From: a virus
Taxonomy: Duplodnaviria > Caudoviricetes
IMG/VR virus record: IMGVR_UViG_3300019872_000008
Coordinates: 1-38,504 of that record
DNA: 38,504 nucleotides
Direction: 5' to 3' (one strand)
The position numbers were made by a program, and so were the translations under genes. The notes under the pieces were generated by a model, which was not told the DNA's origin, did not search any database, and was given only the letters and a program-made list of their open reading frames with translations. Position 1 is the stretch's first letter. Every line of letters starts with the position of its first letter. Positions 26,271 to 34,214 of this stretch are shown piece after piece.

Positions 26271-26858
26271 TTACTTCTTCTTACCTGCTTTTACAGGGAC
26301 AGAAGTTTTAGCTTTGGCCTTAGGCTTAACACAGTCTTGGTACTCATCAGACTTTTCAATCTGTTCCTTAACGAAATCCGGTAGGCCATCGAACGTGTCC
26401 TGGTCGAATTCTTCTGGATCAAGCCATAATGAGAACTGTGGCTCAGTTGCCTTGGTTACTTTAGTTCCCTTAGGAGGCTTGACCAAAGCTGTGATGTTGG
26501 CATAAATCTTGCCGTTGTTGTCTGGCTCAGTCTGCTGAATCGTCAGCATACCTGGTTTACCAAGACACTCGTCAAAGTCAAATTCCTCACCTTTACCAAC
26601 GGTTATTCCTAACCACGACTTGAGTGCTTGTCCTAAGTGTGATTTTGGGCCTACCTTAAGTGGGAACTTGCGATATACCATTACCGCTTTGCCATCGCTA
26701 GTTTCTTCATCGACTAACTGGAAACCAAAGGATGCTTTCCTTGTGTCCTCATACTGATCACTTTTTTGGGTTCCCAAGTCTACGATCTGTACACAAACAA
26801 ATGGATACGTTCCATCTTCGGGTAGTTCCCGATCACTGCCTTCATTCTTTACTTTCAT
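26271..26858 (-). CDS. Putative OB-fold ssDNA-binding / recombination protein
   Basis: GTY..VC.QIVDLGTQ, KSHL..LKSWLG, LGKP..L.I, YANI; acidic C-terminal region; upstream of exonucleases. Confidence 0.7.
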   Translation of the reverse strand: MKVKNEGSDRELPEDGTYPFVCVQIVDLGTQKSDQYEDTRKASFGFQLVDEETSDGKAVMVYRKFPLKVGPKSHLGQALKSWLGITVGKGEEFDFDECLGKPGMLTIQQTEPDNNGKIYANITALVKPPKGTKVTKATEPQFSLWLDPEEFDQDTFDGLPDFVKEQIEKSDEYQDCVKPKAKAKTSVPVKAGKKK

Positions 26859-26914
26859 CTTACTTTATTATTTATGTTAGTTTATGCTTAAGAGTACCTC
26901 TCTTAAACTTTAAG

Positions 26915-26922
26915 TAAAGGTA
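26915..26922 (-). promoter_or_regulatory. Putative -7 promoter box TACCTTTA for the leftward (early/replication) operon
   Basis: Matches the boxes at 21613 and 29320; followed by a leader hairpin and an AT-rich start region. Confidence 0.65.
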
Positions 26923-26989
26923 CGACCATTGTAACTTACTGGAAAGGACTTACTTAAAAAAATCTTACGATAATATTCTAATATTCAAC

Positions 26990-27545
26990 TTGAGGAACAT
27001 AAGAAATTTGCGCCTCTCTTATGGTCCCTTGTAGGGGACGGACTCAGTCGGCATGACCTTGAAACGCATAAACTTACTTAGGCTAACGTTAGGATCACCA
27101 AGAGGGGCAAAATGCAGGGTCCAGGCGACTCAAGAAACTAACGTCTAACAGTGGGCCGCTTAAGCCTTTGTCATCACCAGAGGCGTAAGGCGCAAACTCT
27201 AACGCTGTAGTCTATGTCAACTTGAACCATACGGCCCAAATTTCGGAACGCGTAGTCATTTGACTTCTGAATCAACTGAATCAACGCTTTCCCTAAACTT
27301 TTCTAGAAACTCAATTTGTCAAATGTTCAAAAAAGATATTAAAGTTTTAGGTTTTTATTTGATTCATTTGATTCACTCGTTTTTGACTTTTCTCAGTAAT
27401 TTGCGCCCTTTGGCCCTTTTTGGAGAAATAGCTTTACTTAGGTATAGCAATTCGAGGTTTTCAGTTTTACAGCATTTGAGTAAAAGGTCAAATTGAGCCT
27501 AGAATAAAGGTTAGCTTTACCTTAAGGTTTCGGTAGGTTGATTCA
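26990..27545. other. Repeat-rich non-coding divergence region (candidate replication origin / packaging control region)
   Basis: TGAATCAAC x2 facing TTTGATTCA x2, four TTTGCSCC copies, ATCACCA(A)GAGG x2, CTAACG x3. Confidence 0.5.
27512..27519 (+). promoter_or_regulatory. Putative -7 box TAGCTTTA for terS
   Basis: TAnnTTTA with TTG at 27493-27495. Confidence 0.45.
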
Positions 27546-27617
27546 AACGGGTTCGAGGTGGTTCATCCTGCAGCTTCAATTAGCCGGAACCTTACTTCTT
27601 ACTTAAACCACAATTTT

Positions 27618-28220
27618 ATGGCATTCCCAATCGGTAATCAGTACTGGAAACACATTCTAAACAAAGCAGGCAGAAGGCGCAGATTTCAGTCACCGCAAGA
27701 ACTAGCGAAGGAAGCAGATGATTACTTTCAATGGATTGAAGAGAATCCACTAACAGAATACAAGGCATTTGGTTATACGGGCAAAGTTGTAGTTCAGCCT
27801 ATGCCTGTAATCAGAGCAATGACAATATCACAGTTCTGCGGATTCGCTGGAATTAGCTACTCTGCTTGGATAAACTTTAAGAAAGCAATAAGAGAAGCAA
27901 CGTTGAAATCTGAGCCTGCAAAACATGAATTTGAGTTTGTCATCGAGAGTATAGAAAATGTCATCTTCAACCAGAAGTTCCAAGCAGCGGCAGGCAACCT
28001 CTTGAACGCAAACATAATCAGCAGAGAGCTTGGCCTGATGGTAAATGAGCCAATGGACGATACAATGAACATCGACTTCAAGGAAGAACGCACGTACTTG
28101 AATAAGCCTGAGGGGCAAAGCAAGAAGGTTGAGCCGCAAAAACCTGCGCTGCGTCTAACCTCTGGTGATCCCGCCGCAGGAACTAAGAAAATAGTCAAAG
28201 TTAGGAAGCGCAAAAATTAA
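27618..28220 (+). CDS. terS: Terminase small subunit (P22 gp3 / DNA-packaging protein family)
   Basis: GNQYWK..GR..FQSPQEL..YFQWIEENPL, RAMTI, QKFQAAAGNLLNANIISRELGL; start at ATG 27618. Confidence 0.9.
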   Translation: MAFPIGNQYWKHILNKAGRRRRFQSPQELAKEADDYFQWIEENPLTEYKAFGYTGKVVVQPMPVIRAMTISQFCGFAGISYSAWINFKKAIREATLKSEPAKHEFEFVIESIENVIFNQKFQAAAGNLLNANIISRELGLMVNEPMDDTMNIDFKEERTYLNKPEGQSKKVEPQKPALRLTSGDPAAGTKKIVKVRKRKN

Positions 28221-28514
28221 CGCTGATGCATTGCACTATTTGAGTTCAATCTTATACGTGTATACGCATGCACCTTCTTTGGTGATGACGTAGTGGGCTG
28301 GGGGAAATTGAGTCCAGATTATAGAGAGTTTTATGTTTAAGAAAGTAAAAACTTGATTGGTATGCCACAGTGCACGATTCTTGCTACTAACTTTAGTCTT
28401 ACTTGGTGATGCATTGCTAAATACATTAGCATGAACCAATAAGCAAATATTTGAAACTACCTAAACAAATCGCAAAAAGAAAGTTTGAAAATATTTTGAA
28501 AAAGATTAGGCAGA

Positions 28515-28537
28515 TATTACGGTAATACCTACCTTTG
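28515..28537 (+). promoter_or_regulatory. Promoter -7 box TACCTTTG with palindromic operator TATTAC-G-GTAATA in the spacer
   Basis: Exact Bacteroidota TAnnTTTG at 28530-28537; perfect 6-bp inverted repeat at 28515-28527. Confidence 0.7.
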
Positions 28538-28601
28538 AAATATCAAATAGGAAATAACCCGCAGGTAGCGAAGTTAAAACCACCTATTTAGATTAATTAT
28601 T

Positions 28602-28835
28602 ATGAGCACAAAGAAAGTAGTTCCCGCAGCAAAGAAAGTAGCAGCAAAGAAAGTAGCGAAAGTAGCGAAGGTAAAAGAGCCTCGCACGGTACGGATTCCA
28701 GAAATAGGTTGGGGTTTCACACCAGAAACTCTTAAGAAGATCGAAACGTTCTGTAAGAAGGACGGAACGATGTTTACCCTTTCCGATTTTTTACGGGCCG
28801 CGGTTAAGAAGGCTTACGGTATCTCTAACGACTAA
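28602..28835 (+). CDS. Ribbon-helix-helix-like protein with Lys/Ala-rich histone-H1-like N-terminal tail
   Basis: KKVVPAAKKVAAKKVAKVAKVK then IGWGFTPETLKKIETFCKK..TLSDFLRAAV; has its own promoter and terminator. Confidence 0.75.
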   Translation: MSTKKVVPAAKKVAAKKVAKVAKVKEPRTVRIPEIGWGFTPETLKKIETFCKKDGTMFTLSDFLRAAVKKAYGISND

Positions 28836-28846
28836 CCGCGTTAGGC

Positions 28847-28884
28847 AGGTAGGGCTCAAACAGGGCCTTACCTTTCTTTTCTTT
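28847..28884 (+). terminator. Rho-independent terminator
   Basis: AGGTAGGGCTC-aaaca-GGGCCTTACCT followed by TTCTTTTCTTT. Confidence 0.85.
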
Positions 28885-28902
28885 AATTCTAAACTCAAGT
28901 AT

Positions 28903-29010
28903 ATGAAAGCAAGATGTAAACAGCAAGTAGCTGTAGTCCTACTCAGTGCACTATTGTGTGTCCCTTCCTTATTCGCAATTGTATCTGCGATTCTCAATAA
29001 GATTCTTTAA
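28903..29010 (+). CDS. 35-aa single-TM peptide (not in the ORF track)
   Basis: MKARCKQQVAVVLLSALLCVPSLFAIVSAILNKIL; followed by a hairpin at 29025-29049. Confidence 0.5.
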   Translation: MKARCKQQVAVVLLSALLCVPSLFAIVSAILNKIL

Positions 29011-29204
29011 CAAAGTACTTGAATGACCAGGGTGTGAATAGCTCTGGTTGTTTGTTGTGTAGTGGTTACTATGTTTTTGACATTCAACTGTGGAGATTGC
29101 TACAAAAAATTTTTTGCGAAAAATCAGCTATTAACATGCTTTATGCGTTGCACCGTTTGGACGCATTGGTAGGCCTGGACGCTTGAACGTCTGGACATAT
29201 GTAA

Positions 29205-29282
29205 GGCGCAAATTTTACAGTGATTTTTGCCCCGCGTCTACATAAGTTTTTGCCCCGCTTAAATGCATGCTTTTTGCGCCGT
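29205..29282. repeat. Phased TTTTTGCSCCG repeats with one inverted copy
   Basis: Copies at 29224, 29247, 29271; GGCGCAAA at 29205. Confidence 0.8.
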
Positions 29283-29297
29283 TCAAACCGTCCTGGA

Positions 29298-29327
29298 TTT
29301 GAACTATAAAAATTTTCCGTACCTTTA
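29298..29327 (+). promoter_or_regulatory. Putative promoter TTTG-18nt-TACCTTTA for the terL/tail operon
   Basis: -33 and -7 elements at Bacteroidota-like spacing, 24 nt before ATG 29352. Confidence 0.65.
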
Positions 29328-29351
29328 TGGTGAACTAAAACAAAAACCAAA

Positions 29352-29591
29352 ATGAAACCTTTCCTATTAATTGATGACCAACGGCAGAATCCAGCCATAG
29401 GTAAATTACTTCTTGAGGAGTATGACGAGCTTGATACAGCTCAAGCAATTGCTGCTAACAAAACTCTTAAGGGTTTGAGCTCTGAGATTTATGTAAAGGC
29501 TTTTACAGTAACGCCTGGTCAAGCACAAGTAACTAAAGAGGAAGGAGTGGACTACATTAAACCAATTAAAGAAGATGAAGCAGTTAAATAA
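29352..29591 (+). CDS. Hypothetical protein
   Basis: First gene after the promoter; A-rich leader. Confidence 0.7.
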   Translation: MKPFLLIDDQRQNPAIGKLLLEEYDELDTAQAIAANKTLKGLSSEIYVKAFTVTPGQAQVTKEEGVDYIKPIKEDEAVK

Positions 29592-29817
29592 GGAACAACA
29601 ACAGACTATTAAAAAATATTTGATAGATCACGCTAGTATATATTTGGCAGAAAATTTTGTAAGAGATTTCCCAAGTAGTTGTTGTGATGATTGCGCTGAA
29701 GGACATGAATGTGCCTCCGATAGACTAACAAATGAAGTACGTGAATACACTCTTGGTGTTGAGATTAAGGAAGTACTTGACAGGAATGAGTCTGAGTTCG
29801 ATAGCAACATCATTTAA
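29575..29817 (+). CDS. Hypothetical protein with CCxxCxxxHxC metal-binding-like motif
   Basis: SSCCDDCAEGHECASD. Confidence 0.65.
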   Translation: MKQLNKEQQQTIKKYLIDHASIYLAENFVRDFPSSCCDDCAEGHECASDRLTNEVREYTLGVEIKEVLDRNESEFDSNII

Positions 29818-29823
29818 GTTATT

Positions 29824-31182
29824 ATGGAGTTGAATCTTAAGCAAACAATGGCACTGGATTACCTTGAGGACAATGAAACCTCAGAAGTCTTATTTGGTGG
29901 TGCGGCTGGTGGAGGCAAAAGCATACTAGGAACATATTGGGGCTTGAAGATGAGCTTGAAGTATCCAGGCTCACGCGGTCTTATTGGTAGAGCAACACTG
30001 AAGACTCTACGGGAGACTACACTGGTGAGTTTCTTCAAAGTTTGCAAGTTACAGGGTTTAGTCAGAGGCAAGCATTATAGATATGTAGCCCCTAGTAATA
30101 TTGTATTCAAGAATGGTTCTGAAATTCTATTGAAAGACCTTGGTTACTATCCGTCTGACCCTGAATATGACGAATTAGGTTCTTTGGAGATTACATGGGC
30201 CTTTATTGATGAGGCAAATCAAGTACTAAGTAAGGCAAGGCAAATTGTTAGATCAAGAATAAGGCATGGTTTGGATGAGTACGGCCTTATGCCAAAGTCG
30301 TTGTATACATGTAACCCTGCGAAGAACTGGGTGAAAACAGACTTCTACACGCCTTACTTGAAAGGGCAACTTAGACCAAACAGAAAATTCGTACAAGCTT
30401 ACGTGACAGATAACAATAAAATCAGTAAGTATTATGCTGAGAACCTTCGAGAGCTTGATACTGCTTCAAGAGCACGACTTTTGGAAGGAAATTGGGAATA
30501 CGAGAATGATCCTTCCATGTTAATGACTAGCGATAGCATAAGTAATATCTTTAACAATATTTTTGTTAAGTACGCTGACAAGCCTAAGTATATAACAGCG
30601 GATATAGCCAGATTTGGCAAAGACAGTACTATTATAAGAGTCTGGCACGGTTGGAGAGTTCTTGAAAGAGTTGCAATGGTCAAAAAGCGCACTACAGAGG
30701 TAGCCGCTGTGATAGTAGAATTACAAGAGAAATACGGTATTCCCAGGGCAAATGTTTTATGTGATGAAGATGGAGTTGGTGGAGGCGTTGTAGACCAACT
30801 ACATTGTAAGGGCTATATTGCAAATAGTAGGCCACTTCCAGGAACTTTGAAGTTCAAAGGAGATAATTACAACATGCTTAAGAGTCAATGTGCTTTTTAC
30901 ATGGCCTATAAGGTTAATGCCAACGAGGTTTATGAGAAGGCTAACTCAGAAGTTCAAGAATTACTTACACAAGAGCTTGAACAAGTACGTAAGGCTACAT
31001 ATGATAAGGACAAAAAGAACGCCATAATCACTAAAGACAAGGTCAAGGAGGTTATAGGAAGAAGTCCAGATGACTGTGACACGTATATCATGCGCGCATG
31101 GTTCGACCTAGCTCTACTTTCAGGCTTCAACACCATAAATCAAAATCAAACTGCTAAAGTAGTAGGACAAAGAATAATTTAA
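29824..31182 (+). CDS. terL: Terminase large subunit
   Basis: LFGGAAGGGKS Walker A, FIDEA Walker B, TCNP, nuclease DIARFGKD and RSPDDCD. Confidence 0.96.
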   Translation: MELNLKQTMALDYLEDNETSEVLFGGAAGGGKSILGTYWGLKMSLKYPGSRGLIGRATLKTLRETTLVSFFKVCKLQGLVRGKHYRYVAPSNIVFKNGSEILLKDLGYYPSDPEYDELGSLEITWAFIDEANQVLSKARQIVRSRIRHGLDEYGLMPKSLYTCNPAKNWVKTDFYTPYLKGQLRPNRKFVQAYVTDNNKISKYYAENLRELDTASRARLLEGNWEYENDPSMLMTSDSISNIFNNIFVKYADKPKYITADIARFGKDSTIIRVWHGWRVLERVAMVKKRTTEVAAVIVELQEKYGIPRANVLCDEDGVGGGVVDQLHCKGYIANSRPLPGTLKFKGDNYNMLKSQCAFYMAYKVNANEVYEKANSEVQELLTQELEQVRKATYDKDKKNAIITKDKVKEVIGRSPDDCDTYIMRAWFDLALLSGFNTINQNQTAKVVGQRII

Positions 31183-31193
31183 ACCACCTTTAT

Positions 31194-31415
31194 ATGAAAA
31201 TTGTAACACAGTTAAAGCTAAATGAAAGAACACAGAAATTTCTTTGGTCAAAGGAGTTTCAACACGATGGTCAGACACTTATGGAAGTGCAGTCCGATGA
31301 ATTCTTGCTAACTAATAGAGCAGCTTTCAAGGATCAGTATGAGTACGCAAGTAATCGAGCATTGAAAGAACTTATGGCAGACGTTAGATTCACAAGTTTA
31401 ATGTTACAAAAGTAA
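31194..31415 (+). CDS. Hypothetical protein
   Basis: Packed ORF in the late operon. Confidence 0.65.
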   Translation: MKIVTQLKLNERTQKFLWSKEFQHDGQTLMEVQSDEFLLTNRAAFKDQYEYASNRALKELMADVRFTSLMLQK

Positions 31416-31420
31416 AAACC

Positions 31421-32050
31421 ATGGAAGTAGTAAAAATCTTGAATCAGTTCGGACAGAAGTTCAGAATTGAAAGCCCTACAACCTATTCAGAGGTTAAAAC
31501 AGGCACGTTCCAAAAGTTAATCGAGGGTTGGGATGGTAAGTTTAATCCTAAGAGTCTTGTAGTCTTGTACAGTATACTTACAAATACAAAGTTTACTGAT
31601 ATAAGCACTAGTAAGTCTAGTAAGCTAGAAATTGCTATCTACAAAGTGGTTGGTTTCATAGCTGCTGAGGATTTGAATCAATTAAAAACTCCAGAAACCT
31701 TCACTTACAAAGGCAGAATTATTAAATTGCCTAAACGATTAGAACGATTAACGGTTGGTCAAAACCTAAGAGTGAAACAGGTACTGATGAAGGATTTTAG
31801 ACTTTGCATTTCAACTATAACAGCAGTGTACTTGCAGCCTTTAATAGATGAATCAGAGTACAATGATGATAGAGTTGAAGAGTTAGCTTTAGAAATAGAG
31901 GAATATCCTATAACATTGACTTACCCGATGGCAAGTTTTTTTATAGAGCAGCTTGTGATCTCTGGGACGCGTTGGCAGAATCTCACAAACCGTTCATTGT
32001 CGATGAGGGACAAGCTGCAGAGTCTAAAGAGATTGCTAAAAGGGCTTTAG
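31421..32050 (+). CDS. Tail assembly chaperone (G-like)
   Basis: Contains T-TTT-TTT slippery heptamer at 31936-31942 with an open -1 frame. Confidence 0.7.
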   Translation: MEVVKILNQFGQKFRIESPTTYSEVKTGTFQKLIEGWDGKFNPKSLVVLYSILTNTKFTDISTSKSSKLEIAIYKVVGFIAAEDLNQLKTPETFTYKGRIIKLPKRLERLTVGQNLRVKQVLMKDFRLCISTITAVYLQPLIDESEYNDDRVEELALEIEEYPITLTYPMASFFIEQLVISGTRWQNLTNRSLSMRDKLQSLKRLLKGL

Positions 32051-32232
32051 TCAACCAACTAGATAAGTTCGATGAAATCAGTTACGTTATTGAATACGCA
32101 AAGTTATATCATTTAGACCCAGATGATGTGTATCTCAAGTCCTTTGAAACAGTTATGTTCTTGAGTGAGTACGAAATTAGATTATCAGAATACAGAATAC
32201 GTAAAGACAACATTTTAAAAGACAAGGAATGA
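31936..32232 (+). CDS. -1 frameshift extension (GT-like) of the tail assembly chaperone
   Basis: The -1 frame reads YRAACDLWDALAESHKPF...KDKE with no upstream ATG; its stop overlaps the next ATG. Confidence 0.7.
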   Translation, partial: FFYRAACDLWDALAESHKPFIVDEGQAAESKEIAKRALVNQLDKFDEISYVIEYAKLYHLDPDDVYLKSFETVMFLSEYEIRLSEYRIRKDNILKDKE

Positions 32233-32684
32233 CACATCACCAAGACGTACTTAAACAAGTAGTTGAAGCATTAAATATGACGTACATCTATGCTGACTTG
32301 AATGATGCTAATCTAGGAGTGGATAAAGTGCCGGATATAAAGTATCCTGTGTTTATTTTCATTGCTCCGAGCAAGAAGCTATCAACAGTAGATGCAGCAG
32401 AGATGATCAGACGCAAGGTTGTGATTAACTGCATGATTTTACTTAAGACTGTGTCATCAAGTACAGATTTTAAGTATGAAGATGTGCAGCCAACAATTCG
32501 GCAGGCAGAAGTTATGCTGGATAGAGTCATACATAGTTTAAACAGAAATAGTGTTACAGATTTAGATGGTGATGGCATTGTTAACTTTGAAGTTACAGAT
32601 ACCTATTCAGAGTTTGATGTCAGCTTATATGGTGTTTACTCAAGTTTTGAATGGCCTGTTAATGAATTAACTCGCGGCTGCTAA
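32229..32684 (+). CDS. Putative tail terminator / completion protein
   Basis: Acidic ~150 aa with YPVFIF and a terminal beta strand; tail operon position. Confidence 0.55.
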   Translation: MTHHQDVLKQVVEALNMTYIYADLNDANLGVDKVPDIKYPVFIFIAPSKKLSTVDAAEMIRRKVVINCMILLKTVSSSTDFKYEDVQPTIRQAEVMLDRVIHSLNRNSVTDLDGDGIVNFEVTDTYSEFDVSLYGVYSSFEWPVNELTRGC

Positions 32685-33094
32685 TGACTGATCGACAAAG
32701 CATAAGAACCTTCTTAAACAAAGTCAAGGACGATTACATAGACGCATCTTATAGCAAAGACTTAGTTGCGTCTGGTAAAACTGTGCGATCATTAAAGGTA
32801 GTCTACACAGAACTTAGAGGAAATGACTTAACATGGACTAGGGAAGGACGTGGACCAGGTGGAATGCCTTCAATACAAACCATAGCAGCTTGGATGCGTG
32901 TTAGAGGTATGGTAGGTAGTCCTTGGGCTATTGCCAAACACATAGCTGAAAACGGTACACGCATTTATAACAAAAGGAGTTTAGGCTTAGATATAGATAA
33001 AATTGTCAAGTTGAATCTAAAGGCATTCACTAAGAGTGTTAGCAAGGAAGTTGCACAGCAGGTAGTTCAAGCAATAAGAGAATTTAACAAGTAA
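32684..33094 (+). CDS. Putative neck / tail completion protein (HK97 gp10-like)
   Basis: ASGKTVRSL, GRGPGGMPS..IAAWM, WAIAKHIAENGT. Confidence 0.7.
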   Translation: MTDRQSIRTFLNKVKDDYIDASYSKDLVASGKTVRSLKVVYTELRGNDLTWTREGRGPGGMPSIQTIAAWMRVRGMVGSPWAIAKHIAENGTRIYNKRSLGLDIDKIVKLNLKAFTKSVSKEVAQQVVQAIREFNK

Positions 33095-33098
33095 GATC

Positions 33099-34214
33099 AT
33101 GGCATTAACAGTAGTAGCAAAACCAAGTGGCTTTCAACCTGTAGGTGGACCTAGCCTTTTATATCAATTTACAGAAGCAACTGTAGCAGGCAAACCCAAC
33201 TACAGAGTTGAGCTTGAGTTTAACGGTTTGTTCAGTGGATTGAAGTTTGAATTCAGACCTACAGCAGCACTTGCAATAAATTGTGAGATCAGTAAAATCT
33301 TATACTCAGCTTTAACTTTATCTACATTGACTACTGATAGACTTAAGTCTACATATGTTAAATATCAAGCTGTTTGGGACGGTGGAAGTGATGCAGTAGT
33401 ATCTTTATCTGGTGATGTCATTTATGCCTATGTAGGAATTAATCATGATCTAAACAGAAGAATACTATTTGGCTTAAGGAGTGCAGATGCTGTAGCTTAT
33501 GGTCAAAATTCAGATTACACCAAAGGAAACTATGGTAGTGGTCCACTGCTTAGGCATGTAAACGGAATTGAAAATAGACATAAAATGGTTACTAATAGAA
33601 CTCATTATGTTGAATTTTTATGTGATGGTTCTTTACCTGTTTCTTGTAGAGCAACTTACTGGTTTAATAATGGAGCAACTGCAGTAGATTTCTTATTTGC
33701 TGGTAATGTCAAAGCGTTGATTCAAGTTCCAATATTAATTACAGATGCCAATATATCTAGTGGTGGTGTCAACGCTAATCCTAAGGGTAATTTTCAAGTA
33801 TGTGATATAGGTGTAGTTAACTGTTATTCAGGCTTCTCTTTCGAGATGATACAAGAATGTTCAAATCCTGTTTATCTACAATGGGTTAATGATTTTGGTG
33901 GTTTACAGGATTACATGTTTGATTTCAATCAAGCACTTACATTAAGTCCCAGAGTACAAAAGAAACTTAGGATATATACTTTGTATGAGGACTTACTTAC
34001 TTATCTAGAGTGGTTGATGATGAACGAACTCTTAAGGACGTCTGACACATACAATGATGATTTTAAAGTAGGTTTATTTCTTCAGGATATAACCGTACCT
34101 GCTTCTCCATTAAACTTGATAACGTTGGAGGATGACAGTAACACTGTTAATACATACGCAAAGGGTTATCCTATTCAGTTCAAGGTTAAGTATCCAACAA
34201 TTAACTATAATTAA
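33099..34214 (+). CDS. Minor tail protein (distal tail-like)
   Basis: C.NPVYLQWVNDFGG..YMF motif of Bacteroidota siphophage tail proteins. Confidence 0.65.
   Translation: MALTVVAKPSGFQPVGGPSLLYQFTEATVAGKPNYRVELEFNGLFSGLKFEFRPTAALAINCEISKILYSALTLSTLTTDRLKSTYVKYQAVWDGGSDAVVSLSGDVIYAYVGINHDLNRRILFGLRSADAVAYGQNSDYTKGNYGSGPLLRHVNGIENRHKMVTNRTHYVEFLCDGSLPVSCRATYWFNNGATAVDFLFAGNVKALIQVPILITDANISSGGVNANPKGNFQVCDIGVVNCYSGFSFEMIQECSNPVYLQWVNDFGGLQDYMFDFNQALTLSPRVQKKLRIYTLYEDLLTYLEWLMMNELLRTSDTYNDDFKVGLFLQDITVPASPLNLITLEDDSNTVNTYAKGYPIQFKVKYPTINYN

Noticed and set aside
27260-27496. 78-aa ORF in the divergence region, and similar ORFs at 28236-28439 and 29141-29398
   Set aside because: Non-ATG or poorly supported starts, unprotein-like composition, and overlap with repeat or regulatory elements
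26860-29350. CRISPR mini-array, tRNA or self-cleaving ribozyme in the non-coding stretches
   Set aside because: Repeats are 12 bp or shorter without regular spacers; GGTTCGA occurs without a cloverleaf; no hammerhead, twister or pistol core was recognisable
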